IMG/VR virus record: IMGVR_UViG_3300011335_000604
Span: 6,320 to 70,319 of that record
DNA: 64,000 bases
Strand: one strand, 5' to 3'
Source: a virus
Taxonomy: Duplodnaviria > Caudoviricetes
Notes under the pieces: model-generated
Seen by the model: the letters and a program-made list of their open reading frames with translations, nothing else
The model's database searches: none
Told to the model about the DNA's origin: nothing
Position numbers and translations under genes: made by a program
Shown here: positions 1 through 9,318 of the stretch, piece by piece
Position numbering within the stretch: position 1 is the first letter of the stretch
Layout of the letters: every line of letters begins with the position of its first letter

Positions 1-1
1 C

Positions 2-3000
2 CACTGTTTGAGCAGATGTAGAGTCCCCTGTAGCAAGGGCCTTCTTCACGGTCAGTCGGTCACCTGTTCCGCCAAAGGCAAAAACAGCCATACCCTTTGT
101 AATTGCAGTTGTTTCTGCGTTGGTCACGTAGGCAAACAAGCTATTGGGAGAGGTTCCGATGCACTGGAATCCTGGGAGAGATGAGTTGTATACACACAGC
201 ATCTGTGCGCCAGCCCAAATGTCCCCGCCGATCAACAGCCCGTCACTACTGCTGTACATATTAGCGGCTCCTATGCCGTTGACGTTCAAAGTTGAGCCGC
301 CTGTGTTTCCGTTTGTAAACCGAACAAGGTATGCGTCACCGTCTGTATAAGTAGAAGCCGTACCTGCGCTTACGGCATAAGTGTCCGTTCCGGTTGCAAC
401 ACCAAATGGAATGCCGCCGCCTCCAGGAGCGTCTTGCCATTCTGCTTCCCCGGTAGTAGCATTTTGTAAGGTCAACACTTGCCCCACAGTCGCTGCTGCG
501 GCTGCTACGTCTGGAGTTTTTACATACAATCCGGTAGCGTTCGCGCCAAACTGAATCGTCTGTGTGGGGGTGAGATAACCAAGCCTTGACTGTGTGTCTG
601 TGAATTCAGCAAATGAAGCAGAGCCACTACCGTTTACTCCACAACCGATATTCGCAATAGTAGGCTGTAGTGCGAAACTAGATGTCGTTGTTCCGTCGTT
701 TACTGCAAACGAAGTTTTAAAACTAGCCGTTCCTCCTATGATATACATACCATCAAAAGCCAACGAATACGTATTACCGTCTCCGTCTATGGTAGTGTCC
801 GTAAGCAAGAGACCTCCGAGTTGGAAGTTGTTTGCTGGGTTTTCGGTAAGGCCGTTGTCTACCGTGTAGGTCGGACCACTGCCGCCCGGATCAAACTCAA
901 CCACATTACCACTTGCGTCTACACCCAAAGCCCACACGGGGGATGCGTCGGGGAAAACAGCAGGAGTTTGGCCGTATTGGTTAAATATAACCTGCCCCAG
1001 CGTGCCGTCAAGTTCTAGTGAGTTAATAGAAGAGCTAACTCCATCTGGTCTTACAGCAAATCTAAGATTAGACTCTCCTGTCGCATTAGTGTAATAGCTT
1101 TCAATTGTGTTCGCCAGCAGGTTTATCTTGACACCATCGCCAGAGGCTGTGTTGCTAGGATTTAAAATCTCTAACGCAAGAGCGATTCCCGGTACGGGAG
1201 CGTTTGTTGTTAATTTAGAGCTGCCAATTTGTTTGATGTCAAATCCAGTCCCAGAACTTGCCACCTCAAGACCAACTCCACTGTTGCTTATTGCTGCATA
1301 AAATGCTGTGGACTTGCTTGAATTAGTGTAGTCCACGTTTACACCTCTTGATACATTTGTTCCTGTAAAACCAACAACATTTATAATGTTTTGGTTGTCG
1401 GGAATACCTTCAAAAGTAAGTGAACTATACTTAGTGTATATATATCTATCAACCGAAAAAGGTATTGCAGTTTGCAATCCAGATGGCGCACCAAGTTGGA
1501 ACGTGTCGTTCGTTAAAGAAGTGTCCTTGTATATACCTTGGTTTGAGTCGTAGGTTGCGCCAGGAGGGGCAGCATCCTCAAACTCTACGCGACCAGCCTC
1601 GGAGCCAGTCATACTTTTTAGAGTAAGGACTTGACCTACAGTTGCTGTTCCATTTGCTACCTTGGGAGTTTTAACACCCAACATATTTGCCGTGTATGGC
1701 AAAATTCCAGGAACAACACCAGCGTAAATTCCAGTCTCGCCAAAAACCGTGGCGGCTCTTAAAAATGCGTTTACGTCAGAAATCCCAGAATCTCCACCCA
1801 CAGAAATTTCCGCTAGTTCTCCTGTTAAATTATTCTCATACCTTGATGAAGCATAGACTTTTGTAAAAATGAATTGCGATTTGTCGTCGCCATTTTCCGA
1901 GATTAAATAACCTTTGTTATTTACATCAAGACTAAATCCATTTAGGTTATCAATGTGTAGGTAATTGGTGAACGGGACTGTGCCTCCAGTAATCGTGGTG
2001 TCTTGAACAAGCGGGCCGCCCAGTTGGAAGTTGTATGGATCACCCGGATCTGGACTCAAACCGTTGTCAACCGTGTAAACAGGAACGCTTCCGTCCGCAG
2101 TTAAAACACCTGCCGCACTCAAGTCAAGACCTGCCCCTACTGTGATTTCTTGGAACACCCCTAAGCCAGAGCTATATCGTCCAACAAGGAACCCGCTGTT
2201 CATCTCTGAAGACACGGTTCCTGTAACGGTTATAGGGTCTGGAGAAGTAGTTAACAAGCCAGTAGCCGAAACCTCTTGAACAGTCCCACCGGTCGTAGCA
2301 AGTTTCCTAAACACCTCCCCGGTGCTGTTTACCGCGAGTACGTAGCTAAGCGTGTTGTCTACAAAAGCGCCCGGCACATAAGTGTTCAACTTTAATTGCC
2401 CAGGCCCCGACATCTCTAGTTTGTTTTGGCGAGACCCGTTATCAAAAAGCTGAAGCGTGAACTTGGTTTGCTCATCGTTAGCAGTAAAGTTTGTAACCTC
2501 TGTGGTCAAGCGACCGCCGATGAAATATATCGGGTTTGGGGAAACGTCATCGTTCTTGAACTGGTAGTCAATAGACATCTTAGCAAGCGCCGGGTCTCCG
2601 TCGTATTTCAAACGTAGCAACGCGATGCGGTCTGCTAAGATAGGGTCCGGATTGGGAAGGTTACCCTCCATTCTCAACTCAAGCAATGGCTCGAACAGGT
2701 CGGCTTCTCCTATAATCTCAACGGAAGGGTTTGGGCGAAAGCCGGACCCAAAGTCCTGGAATGTTGCAACTCCACCGCTACCGAGGTTAGCCACACCAAA
2801 TGGGAACTGACTATCCTGCCCATTGTTAGGCGCGGTCTTGTTAGCCCTTATAGCGAATTGCCACTCGTTATTAGATGCCGGGCCTAGTATTTCATTCGTG
2901 TCAATGATGGTGTCCTCAATAAGCTGTCCGCCTAAATGAAACACAAAAGGATCGAGAGGACTTTCCTTTGGATGCAAACCGTTCTGGACGGTGTACACGG

Positions 3001-4159
3001 GAAAGTCAGCAAGCTCCCCTAAGCCGTTAATGTATTGGTCTTCTGTCCCGTCAACGGTCACGGTAAACGTGCCGTCAGTTGTTAGCGGGTTTGGATCACT
3101 AACGGTAAAGGCGGGAGGCATTATAAGCTCGATCGAACTTATGGTGCCGGTACCAGCTTCGGCATACTCGACATAACCAGCGCCAGTTAGTGTCAAAACC
3201 ATTCCGGTAGTAGCGGATGCATACCCAGGGGTTGTCACCTGTATAAATCCAGTACCCGAAAGGTTAACCCCGCTTGGCTGTATGTCTACAAACCCAACAT
3301 TTCCTGCCCCATCATCAGCCGTGTATGTCTGGTAGTTTGTTGAGTTTAAAATATATCGATTTACATTTTCCCACTCAAAGTCAAATCCGCCGCCATCAAT
3401 CAAATTGTCTTGAGTCAACAGAGAGCTGATGTTCAACGTGTCCTGCCAGTCCTGTACGAGAGAACCGCCAACACTTGTAACGTCCACGCAAAGGGTTGTT
3501 CCCTCTGGAAATTCGCCGGGTCCATTCAACAGCGTGGCATCAAACTGGGCATATACCCCAGGGCCTCCGTCTGAATAGTTGGAAAGTTGGTATACACCAT
3601 ATACGGTCGGGTCAGTCTTGCTGAACACAAAGATCCACGAACCGTCTTGAATGATTGGCCAGAAACCTGTAAAGTCTTGGTTATTTGCCGTGAAGTAGTT
3701 CACCCGGATATTACCACCAGTGTCGTACAGGAACGTGCCTGTATCAACGCCGTTTCCTGCGGTGTACTGGATGGAACACTCTGGCTCGGTGTTGCCACAC
3801 TCGCAGCATCCCTTGAAGATAGACGTGGCGAGGAGGCGATATATTTCAACCGTCTTAGCCTGTACTACGTCTTGCGTGTCCTGGTAGGTTAGTTTTACAA
3901 ATGTTACCCCACCAACCTGCTCTATGTCATATACACGAAACGTGAAAGACTCCCCGGCCACCTGTGAAATTGTAATCGTGTCATACCGGTACGATATGTA
4001 GGCCGGGTTCTGAGGCAAAATTTGACTCATGGCCCTTACGTAGTTCGTTCCGTTTAAGAACGATACAACGTCGTTTCCCTCTACTTGTATGTGGGTAATT
4101 ACAGGCGTGTTACTGGGGGTAATCGCCGAGTTAGTTTTTTGCGGTGGGATTGTGGCCAT
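2..4159 (-). CDS. Long tail fibre / receptor-binding protein, partial (C-terminus runs off the window start)
   Basis: Not in the ORF track. Hand translation from ATG at 4159 (overlapping the upstream stop as TAATG) gives MATIPPQKTNSAITPSNTPV... and stays open to base 2. G/T/S-rich, with three YTVxNGL...LGG repeats and a GCCEC cluster. Last gene of the virion module. Confidence 0.75.
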   Translation of the reverse strand, partial: MATIPPQKTNSAITPSNTPVITHIQVEGNDVVSFLNGTNYVRAMSQILPQNPAYISYRYDTITISQVAGESFTFRVYDIEQVGGVTFVKLTYQDTQDVVQAKTVEIYRLLATSIFKGCCECGNTEPECSIQYTAGNGVDTGTFLYDTGGNIRVNYFTANNQDFTGFWPIIQDGSWIFVFSKTDPTVYGVYQLSNYSDGGPGVYAQFDATLLNGPGEFPEGTTLCVDVTSVGGSLVQDWQDTLNISSLLTQDNLIDGGGFDFEWENVNRYILNSTNYQTYTADDGAGNVGFVDIQPSGVNLSGTGFIQVTTPGYASATTGMVLTLTGAGYVEYAEAGTGTISSIELIMPPAFTVSDPNPLTTDGTFTVTVDGTEDQYINGLGELADFPVYTVQNGLHPKESPLDPFVFHLGGQLIEDTIIDTNEILGPASNNEWQFAIRANKTAPNNGQDSQFPFGVANLGSGGVATFQDFGSGFRPNPSVEIIGEADLFEPLLELRMEGNLPNPDPILADRIALLRLKYDGDPALAKMSIDYQFKNDDVSPNPIYFIGGRLTTEVTNFTANDEQTKFTLQLFDNGSRQNKLEMSGPGQLKLNTYVPGAFVDNTLSYVLAVNSTGEVFRKLATTGGTVQEVSATGLLTTSPDPITVTGTVSSEMNSGFLVGRYSSGLGVFQEITVGAGLDLSAAGVLTADGSVPVYTVDNGLSPDPGDPYNFQLGGPLVQDTTITGGTVPFTNYLHIDNLNGFSLDVNNKGYLISENGDDKSQFIFTKVYASSRYENNLTGELAEISVGGDSGISDVNAFLRAATVFGETGIYAGVVPGILPYTANMLGVKTPKVANGTATVGQVLTLKSMTGSEAGRVEFEDAAPPGATYDSNQGIYKDTSLTNDTFQLGAPSGLQTAIPFSVDRYIYTKYSSLTFEGIPDNQNIINVVGFTGTNVSRGVNVDYTNSSKSTAFYAAISNSGVGLEVASSGTGFDIKQIGSSKLTTNAPVPGIALALEILNPSNTASGDGVKINLLANTIESYYTNATGESNLRFAVRPDGVSSSINSLELDGTLGQVIFNQYGQTPAVFPDASPVWALGVDASGNVVEFDPGGSGPTYTVDNGLTENPANNFQLGGLLLTDTTIDGDGNTYSLAFDGMYIIGGTASFKTSFAVNDGTTTSSFALQPTIANIGCGVNGSGSASFAEFTDTQSRLGYLTPTQTIQFGANATGLYVKTPDVAAAAATVGQVLTLQNATTGEAEWQDAPGGGGIPFGVATGTDTYAVSAGTASTYTDGDAYLVRFTNGNTGGSTLNVNGIGAANMYSSSDGLLIGGDIWAGAQMLCVYNSSLPGFQCIGTSPNSLFAYVTNAETTAITKGMAVFAFGGTGDRLTVKKALATGDSTSAQTV

Positions 4160-4806
4160 TATTTACATTCTTCTTCTGTCGCGAAGGTACAAAATTCGTC
4201 GAGACTTTTGTACATTTTCGCATACTTAGAAGAAGGGAACTTGTCGCGCCATTCCATCTTGACACGCGCCCACTCTGGGCCGGTCCGCACAGGCTGCGCC
4301 CGCTTTTCTTCCTTGGCGCCCGAAAAGATTAAATCGATGACCGACTTCTTGCTAGGACGCCCGCCGTTCTTGCGCTTGCCTTCTATCATCGTCTTTACCT
4401 CCGTCAGCTTCTCGTGGTTGGCATCTTCGAGCAGCTCCACTAGTTGACGCAGGGAAACACAGCCATCGAGCTTGCCACGGGTTATCGTAACCTTTTCACG
4501 AACCGGCGGATCGCTGTCCAAAAACCTAATATCAAACCCAAGTTCGCGCATAGCGAAGGTAAGGGAGAGAATGTCTGCCTTGATTTGGGCGGTTCCCCGG
4601 TTGGGAACTGAGGGGTAAATTGCGGAATGGGTGTTTGTGCGCTTCTCATCGTCTACATAAATCTCGGTATTACTAAAGGCGTAGTCACCATTCCCCCTGT
4701 AAACTACTACTCTTGCGGTAGGGAGTTTGTCTTTTAGCTGCTTAATTAGTTCTCTATACTCTCCTAATTCGTGCGGGGTTGGATCCGCTATCATTAATTC
4801 TATCAT
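4159..4806 (-). CDS. Hypothetical protein (215 aa) with its own promoter
   Basis: ORF track; TATATTTG element just upstream; basic GGRPSKK patch; no family recognised. Confidence 0.7.
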   Translation of the reverse strand: MIELMIADPTPHELGEYRELIKQLKDKLPTARVVVYRGNGDYAFSNTEIYVDDEKRTNTHSAIYPSVPNRGTAQIKADILSLTFAMRELGFDIRFLDSDPPVREKVTITRGKLDGCVSLRQLVELLEDANHEKLTEVKTMIEGKRKNGGRPSKKSVIDLIFSGAKEEKRAQPVRTGPEWARVKMEWRDKFPSSKYAKMYKSLDEFCTFATEEECK

Positions 4807-4823
4807 GTCGTTTTGTTAGGGTG

Positions 4824-4831
4824 CAAATATA
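4824..4831 (-). promoter_or_regulatory. Bacteroidota sigma-A -7 element (TATATTTG)
   Basis: Matches TAnnTTTG, about 18 nt upstream of the ATG at 4806. Confidence 0.65.
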
Positions 4832-4832
4832 C

Positions 4833-4865
4833 AAAAAAGAACTCCCCAAGCCGATGCCCGGGGAG
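4833..4865 (-). terminator. Rho-independent terminator
   Basis: CTCCCC/GGGGAG stem followed by TTCTTTTTT on the minus strand. Confidence 0.7.
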
Positions 4866-4929
4866 ACCACACTAAACACTATATCTATTACACCAAAAAC
4901 CAGGTGACGAAGGTATGTGCAGATTCTGC
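4833..4929 (-). ncRNA. Candidate small RNA (~95 nt)
   Basis: TAATTTTG -7 element (4943-4936) upstream, 5' hairpin TGCAG/CTGCA, GU-rich middle, terminator at the end; only a 19-codon ORF. Confidence 0.4.
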
Positions 4930-4933
4930 ATAT

Positions 4934-4975
4934 TGCAAAATTATTTTGCATTAAATAATAAATGTCATATATTTG
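4934..4975. promoter_or_regulatory. Back-to-back promoters with an operator-like palindrome
   Basis: TGCAAAAT-T-ATTTTGCA (4934-4950); plus-strand TTTG(4945-48)-N19-TATATTTG(4968-75); minus-strand TAATTTTG (4943-4936). Confidence 0.6.
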
Positions 4976-4980
4976 TACCG

Positions 4981-5054
4981 CAAGTTCGCGCACGAATAGT
5001 GCAGTCGGGAGACGAGAACTTTGAGGGCGGGCTGATCACCGCCCTCTTTGTTTT
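4981..5054 (+). ncRNA. Candidate small RNA (three-way junction plus terminator)
   Basis: Consensus promoter upstream; AAGTTC/GAACTT closes hairpins GCAC-GAATA-GTGC and GTC-GGGA-GAC; then GAGGGCGG/CCGCCCTC-TTTGTTTT terminator; no ORF. Confidence 0.55.
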
Positions 5055-5087
5055 ATAGAAGGTACAATCGGGAAAATGTCGTAAGAA

Positions 5088-5297
5088 TTAGACTTTCTTT
5101 TTCTTGGCCTTCTTATAGTGGCCATAGAGGACAACAAGCGAAACAGTGCAAGCAAGCATTAGCGATGATATTCGGAACATCCATTCAGCCTGTTCCTGCC
5201 ATGAAACCACGGCTGCGAAAGTAGTTAACAATATCGAACCCAACCCGTCTACGTATCCCTGCTCTGTCATCTCTGTATGATTGATATCATGCTGCAT
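5088..5297 (-). CDS. Holin-like small membrane protein
   Basis: Two hydrophobic segments and a KKAKKKKV tail. The annotated GTG overlaps a TATATTTG promoter (5313-5306), so the start is probably ATG 5297 or later. Confidence 0.5.
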   Translation of the reverse strand: MQHDINHTEMTEQGYVDGLGSILLTTFAAVVSWQEQAEWMFRISSLMLACTVSLVVLYGHYKKAKKKKV

Positions 5298-5315
5298 TGC
5301 GTTCACAAATATAGG

Positions 5316-8300
5316 TTATTGCTTTACTTCTTTTTGTAGTTCCTTCATCTTTTTTTCGTATTCCTTGACTGAATCTTCGATTGTAGGTGGGATGCGCTTT
5401 CCAAGCCCTTTGAAGTACTCGTAGGCCGCCGCGTCCTTAGCCAACCGGGTCAGATCGCTTATGTTCTCAGATATCCTTTCCTTCTTTTTGTTCTCAAGCG
5501 CGATACGTTCCGACTCCTTGTCGAGATCCGCTTCCGGTACACCCTTCTTGACAGCCTGTGTCCGCGCCTCCTCTAGCTGGTTGTCGGTCAACTTCTTGAA
5601 CTTAGTCGTCTGCATGTCCTTATCTTCTGCCGGCTTAGTGGCCGAATACATGTCGAGGATAGCCGTGGCCTTCTTGCGATAGTTTACGTTCAACTGTATG
5701 AGCTCCTCGTCTGACAGCGGAACTGCAAACGTGTCCTTCTTGATGTCCGGCAATCCCTTAGGCTTGTACTCCTTCATCATGCCCGCAGTCTCTGGGCTGT
5801 CGAACTTAGGAGCGGCCTTCTCGTTCTTGTACACGTTGACACCGGCACCGAGGAACGCATACGCGCCAAGGAATGCCCCTTTTAGATTAGGCTCCTCTTT
5901 GAATATCTCGGACAGTGTACCGCCGATCATAGGAACAACACGCTCCTTTATCTCGTCCTTCCATATGAAGTCGTTACCATACGCGTCTACACGCTTGCCG
6001 TCCTCCTCGTGCGTGGTGAGGTATCCCACCATCAGACTAGCGGTCGGGTGCAGCTTGTTCTTAGCAAACTCAGCGATCAAGCCTCCGCGTGTAGGCGTGT
6101 TGTAGTCTCCAAGTTTCTTTTCCTCGCCACCACGTGCGATAGCCTCGTTATAAAGTCGGGCCTGTAACACGATGTGTTGTATAAAGCCACCCCACGGGTC
6201 CACGTACACGTTGCCTATGCGGATCTTACCAAACCTGGAGCTGAGTGGGTTTAGGTCAACCTCGACGTCATCCTCGTCGTCCTCGTTGGCCTTCATTGCT
6301 ATCAGACTTACAATGCCGGTCGTGGTCGCGAACCAAACCAACCAGTCGCGAACCGCCATCTTCTGTGCTACTGAGGGCTTAAAGGTGCCCTGGTCTTTCA
6401 ACGTCAAAAGAAATATAGGGAAGCCGACGGTAGAGGTCTTTATCTGAGACGCCCAGTTCTTTGGCGAGTAAAATATCTTTGAAAGTAGGCCGGCATTCTT
6501 TTCCAGCGGACCAAGTGACGAACGGCCTGTAAAGGTGTTCACCATGTTGGCAACGGCCTTAAAAGCCTCCGGGTCGGTCTCGAACGTTTTGCTATTCTTT
6601 TGGTTACGCAGCATGTTGCTTCCGTCAAGGTAACGCAGTACGCGCATGGTGTTTAGGTAGCCAATACCGGCACGCTCAAACGCCTTAAATGGGTTTGCTA
6701 ACGCGGCACGTGAGTACGCCTTGTCGCCAAACATCTTGAACGGCAACACGAGGTAGTCCCACATCATGTTACCTACGCCACCCAAGAACCCCTCTTCCTT
6801 CTCAGAAAGCGATGCGTCATATTCAGACAACGACAGGCCCGCCTTCATCATCTCTTCGTAATAATCTTGGGCCTTGATGTATTCCCCCCACTTACGTGCC
6901 TTACTCTCGCTTGTAAAGTGCTGAAAGGTCTTGTAAAACGACCTTGCGGCATACAAGGGGTGAGACACGGTCAACTTCAATCCCTGCACGAGCACCATAG
7001 ACAAGTCAAAGGTTGCCTGTAACAGACGGGAAATTTCCCAAAAGCCTCCCAGTCCGTCCCAAAACTTGGTAGGACTGTTCTGCTTCTTAATCCTGTCGAG
7101 CTCTTTGTCGAACTGGTTCTGCAAGGTCTGGCGTTCTGCACGTAGCTGTGCCAACTCCTCGTCTTCCTTAACCTTCTTGCGCTCCTGCTTGCTGAAGTCA
7201 CCCTCGTCAAGCCTGCGCTCTAGTTCTGCGATACGCTTCTTGGCATTCTCCTTGGCGTTAATCAGACGCTGTGCGTCGCCAATACCCTCAGCCTCGTATG
7301 CGTCCTGGATGTCCAGCTTTAGCTGCTCCTCTTTATCGGTCAGCCTAAACTTCTCTTGTGGAGTCTTGGCCTTAATCTTTCCGGCCTGGATGTCCTCAAG
7401 CCTGGACACCATGCGGGCAATGTTACGGAGCCTTCCGATCTCTTGCTGTATGTCCGTGCGGGTCATTGACCGCTCCCGGCCGTAGCCGCTAATGGCGTCA
7501 CGTATCTGGCGGTCTGTAGCGTTTGGATACTTCTTAGCAACCTCCTGCTTAACCCTGCGTACAAGGTCGTCCATGCTAAACACGCCGCTCTCAACAATCT
7601 CCTTGATGAGGCTTGACGGTATGGAAATCTTTCCGGGGGTTGTGCTCTGGAACTGTGCCTTTATCTGGTCCTCTACAGCCTTCTTGTCTGCGCTACTCAG
7701 CGCCTGGAACCATGGCTCGTTGCGTACAGCGTCGAGTGCGGCGTTCAGTGCGGCGTTGGATGCCGAACCGGACAGGCTTGCCTTGTTGACAAGCGAAGGC
7801 TTGGTCTTTAGGTTCCTTACCGCGTTAGCTGCGGCCTCTACTATCTTCTCCCAAGACGCCTTGGGCACGTTTATGGGCTTTCCGCTTGCGTCCTTGAACG
7901 ACACGGCCTTCCCCTTGTATTTCAAAACTTCTGCGGCAGCGTCGTTGGTGTTGTCCTTGAAGTCAATGTTTGCTATCTTGTCCTCAGCCACAGCACGTTC
8001 AACCTCGGCCAGGTTCCTTGCATCCTCAGCCTCTTTGGTGCGCTTCTCCATCTCGGTGATCCGCTCGTTTAGCGCCTTGATCTCCTCGTCGAGCTTGCGG
8101 TACTTCTCCTCTACCTCCTTCGGGATGTAGCCAAAGTTCGCCTTCTTGTACTCGTTTATCTGGTTGTCCACGCTGTAGTTGAACAGCGAGTTGCGGTAGA
8201 TGTCTCTGAGCGCGTTGATGAACTGACCATAGTTAGTGGCCACCCCAGAGAACTCGTTCATCATCTTTACCTGCAAGTCGTACAGCTCGTTCTGGGCCTC

Positions 8301-8822
8301 AACAAACTCTTCCGGGCCCATGCCGCTGTCCTCCTGCGAGGTCATGCGGGCCTTCTCAAGCCTGTCGATAAGGTTTGCGTACACGTATGCGGCAACCCCA
8401 TCGTTCATGGCCCGGTCTGAAACCGCCTGGTAGGCGGCCTCAAAGCCAACCTTCTCCACAAAGTTCTCTGCCCTAGCCCGGGCATCTGTCAACTTCTGGA
8501 TGTCCCTGTCAAGACCGGTCTCTCGCATAGCTGTCGCCAACCTCTCGCTGTCTGTGCCCATGAACCCACGGGCAAGCAACGTCTTGAGTGCCTTTCCCTT
8601 GCCGACCATTGTCTTGAGGTCCACACGCCTTACCGGCTGTGGCTCGGCCGCAATGAACGGGTTGTCCCCCTTCATGCGCCCCTCGTCTAGTAGGCCTTGG
8701 TTTATAAAGTCCATCAGCCTGTTCTCGTCCTTGAGCATGCTCATGAACTCGTCATAGGTATACTCAGTGGCGGTGCCGCCGGGCTTGTCCTTAAAGAATA
8801 TCTTACAGGGATTTTTTGCCAT
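5316..8822 (-). CDS. Giant virion cargo/ejection protein (1168 aa)
   Basis: Coiled-coil rich with hydrophobic C-terminal helices; position in the post-nozzle cluster. Confidence 0.65.
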   Translation of the reverse strand: MAKNPCKIFFKDKPGGTATEYTYDEFMSMLKDENRLMDFINQGLLDEGRMKGDNPFIAAEPQPVRRVDLKTMVGKGKALKTLLARGFMGTDSERLATAMRETGLDRDIQKLTDARARAENFVEKVGFEAAYQAVSDRAMNDGVAAYVYANLIDRLEKARMTSQEDSGMGPEEFVEAQNELYDLQVKMMNEFSGVATNYGQFINALRDIYRNSLFNYSVDNQINEYKKANFGYIPKEVEEKYRKLDEEIKALNERITEMEKRTKEAEDARNLAEVERAVAEDKIANIDFKDNTNDAAAEVLKYKGKAVSFKDASGKPINVPKASWEKIVEAAANAVRNLKTKPSLVNKASLSGSASNAALNAALDAVRNEPWFQALSSADKKAVEDQIKAQFQSTTPGKISIPSSLIKEIVESGVFSMDDLVRRVKQEVAKKYPNATDRQIRDAISGYGRERSMTRTDIQQEIGRLRNIARMVSRLEDIQAGKIKAKTPQEKFRLTDKEEQLKLDIQDAYEAEGIGDAQRLINAKENAKKRIAELERRLDEGDFSKQERKKVKEDEELAQLRAERQTLQNQFDKELDRIKKQNSPTKFWDGLGGFWEISRLLQATFDLSMVLVQGLKLTVSHPLYAARSFYKTFQHFTSESKARKWGEYIKAQDYYEEMMKAGLSLSEYDASLSEKEEGFLGGVGNMMWDYLVLPFKMFGDKAYSRAALANPFKAFERAGIGYLNTMRVLRYLDGSNMLRNQKNSKTFETDPEAFKAVANMVNTFTGRSSLGPLEKNAGLLSKIFYSPKNWASQIKTSTVGFPIFLLTLKDQGTFKPSVAQKMAVRDWLVWFATTTGIVSLIAMKANEDDEDDVEVDLNPLSSRFGKIRIGNVYVDPWGGFIQHIVLQARLYNEAIARGGEEKKLGDYNTPTRGGLIAEFAKNKLHPTASLMVGYLTTHEEDGKRVDAYGNDFIWKDEIKERVVPMIGGTLSEIFKEEPNLKGAFLGAYAFLGAGVNVYKNEKAAPKFDSPETAGMMKEYKPKGLPDIKKDTFAVPLSDEELIQLNVNYRKKATAILDMYSATKPAEDKDMQTTKFKKLTDNQLEEARTQAVKKGVPEADLDKESERIALENKKKERISENISDLTRLAKDAAAYEYFKGLGKRIPPTIEDSVKEYEKKMKELQKEVKQ

Positions 8823-8826
8823 TCAA

Positions 8827-9318
8827 TTAGAATAACTTTTTCTCTAGCAAAAGTAACTTGAACTTGTCCTTGCCGTCCACGCCCTCGAGCATGTTGAGCT
8901 TGTCGCTATACTCGGCGACTGACTGCTTCTGTAGCATGCGGAACTCCTGTAGGAAGTCAAACACGCACAGGTCCTTCTTGAACATCTCCTTTGAGGTTCC
9001 TTCATAGTCTTCGTACAGTGCGTACTCGATCGTGTAGGCGTTCTCAATGACCTCCATGAGGCCGGAGAACATAATCTGCGGACGCTCCACGGTGGGAAGC
9101 TCCGGGTCCACGTTCCAGTCCACTAGGTACTGCTCGATCTTCTTTGCGTGACCCAGCTCGTCCTCGGACTCCTTTGCGAAGAACTCTGCGGCCTTGAAGT
9201 AACCCACGCCCTGGCACCAGTTGCTGGCTGCGCGGTAAAAATAGAATGCGTTGTACTCGTCCTTGAGGCGAGGCAACAGTAGGTCTACTACGTCTTTGTC
9301 TAACTTGTTTGGTGTCAT
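8827..9318 (-). CDS. Non-heme ferritin-like protein
   Basis: Four-helix ferritin pattern resembling FtnA: E..Y (KDEYNAFYFY), ExxH (EDELGH), E (IEYAL), Q (LQKQSVAE), and the DxxxFxFLQ segment. Confidence 0.8.
   Translation of the reverse strand: MTPNKLDKDVVDLLLPRLKDEYNAFYFYRAASNWCQGVGYFKAAEFFAKESEDELGHAKKIEQYLVDWNVDPELPTVERPQIMFSGLMEVIENAYTIEYALYEDYEGTSKEMFKKDLCVFDFLQEFRMLQKQSVAEYSDKLNMLEGVDGKDKFKLLLLEKKLF

Noticed and set aside
1-4159. Diversity-generating retroelement acting on the tail fibre
   Set aside because: No reverse transcriptase or near-identical adenine-varied TR/VR pair in the window
4981-5021. Hammerhead ribozyme
   Set aside because: Three-way junction, but the CUGAUGA and GAAA core sequences are absent
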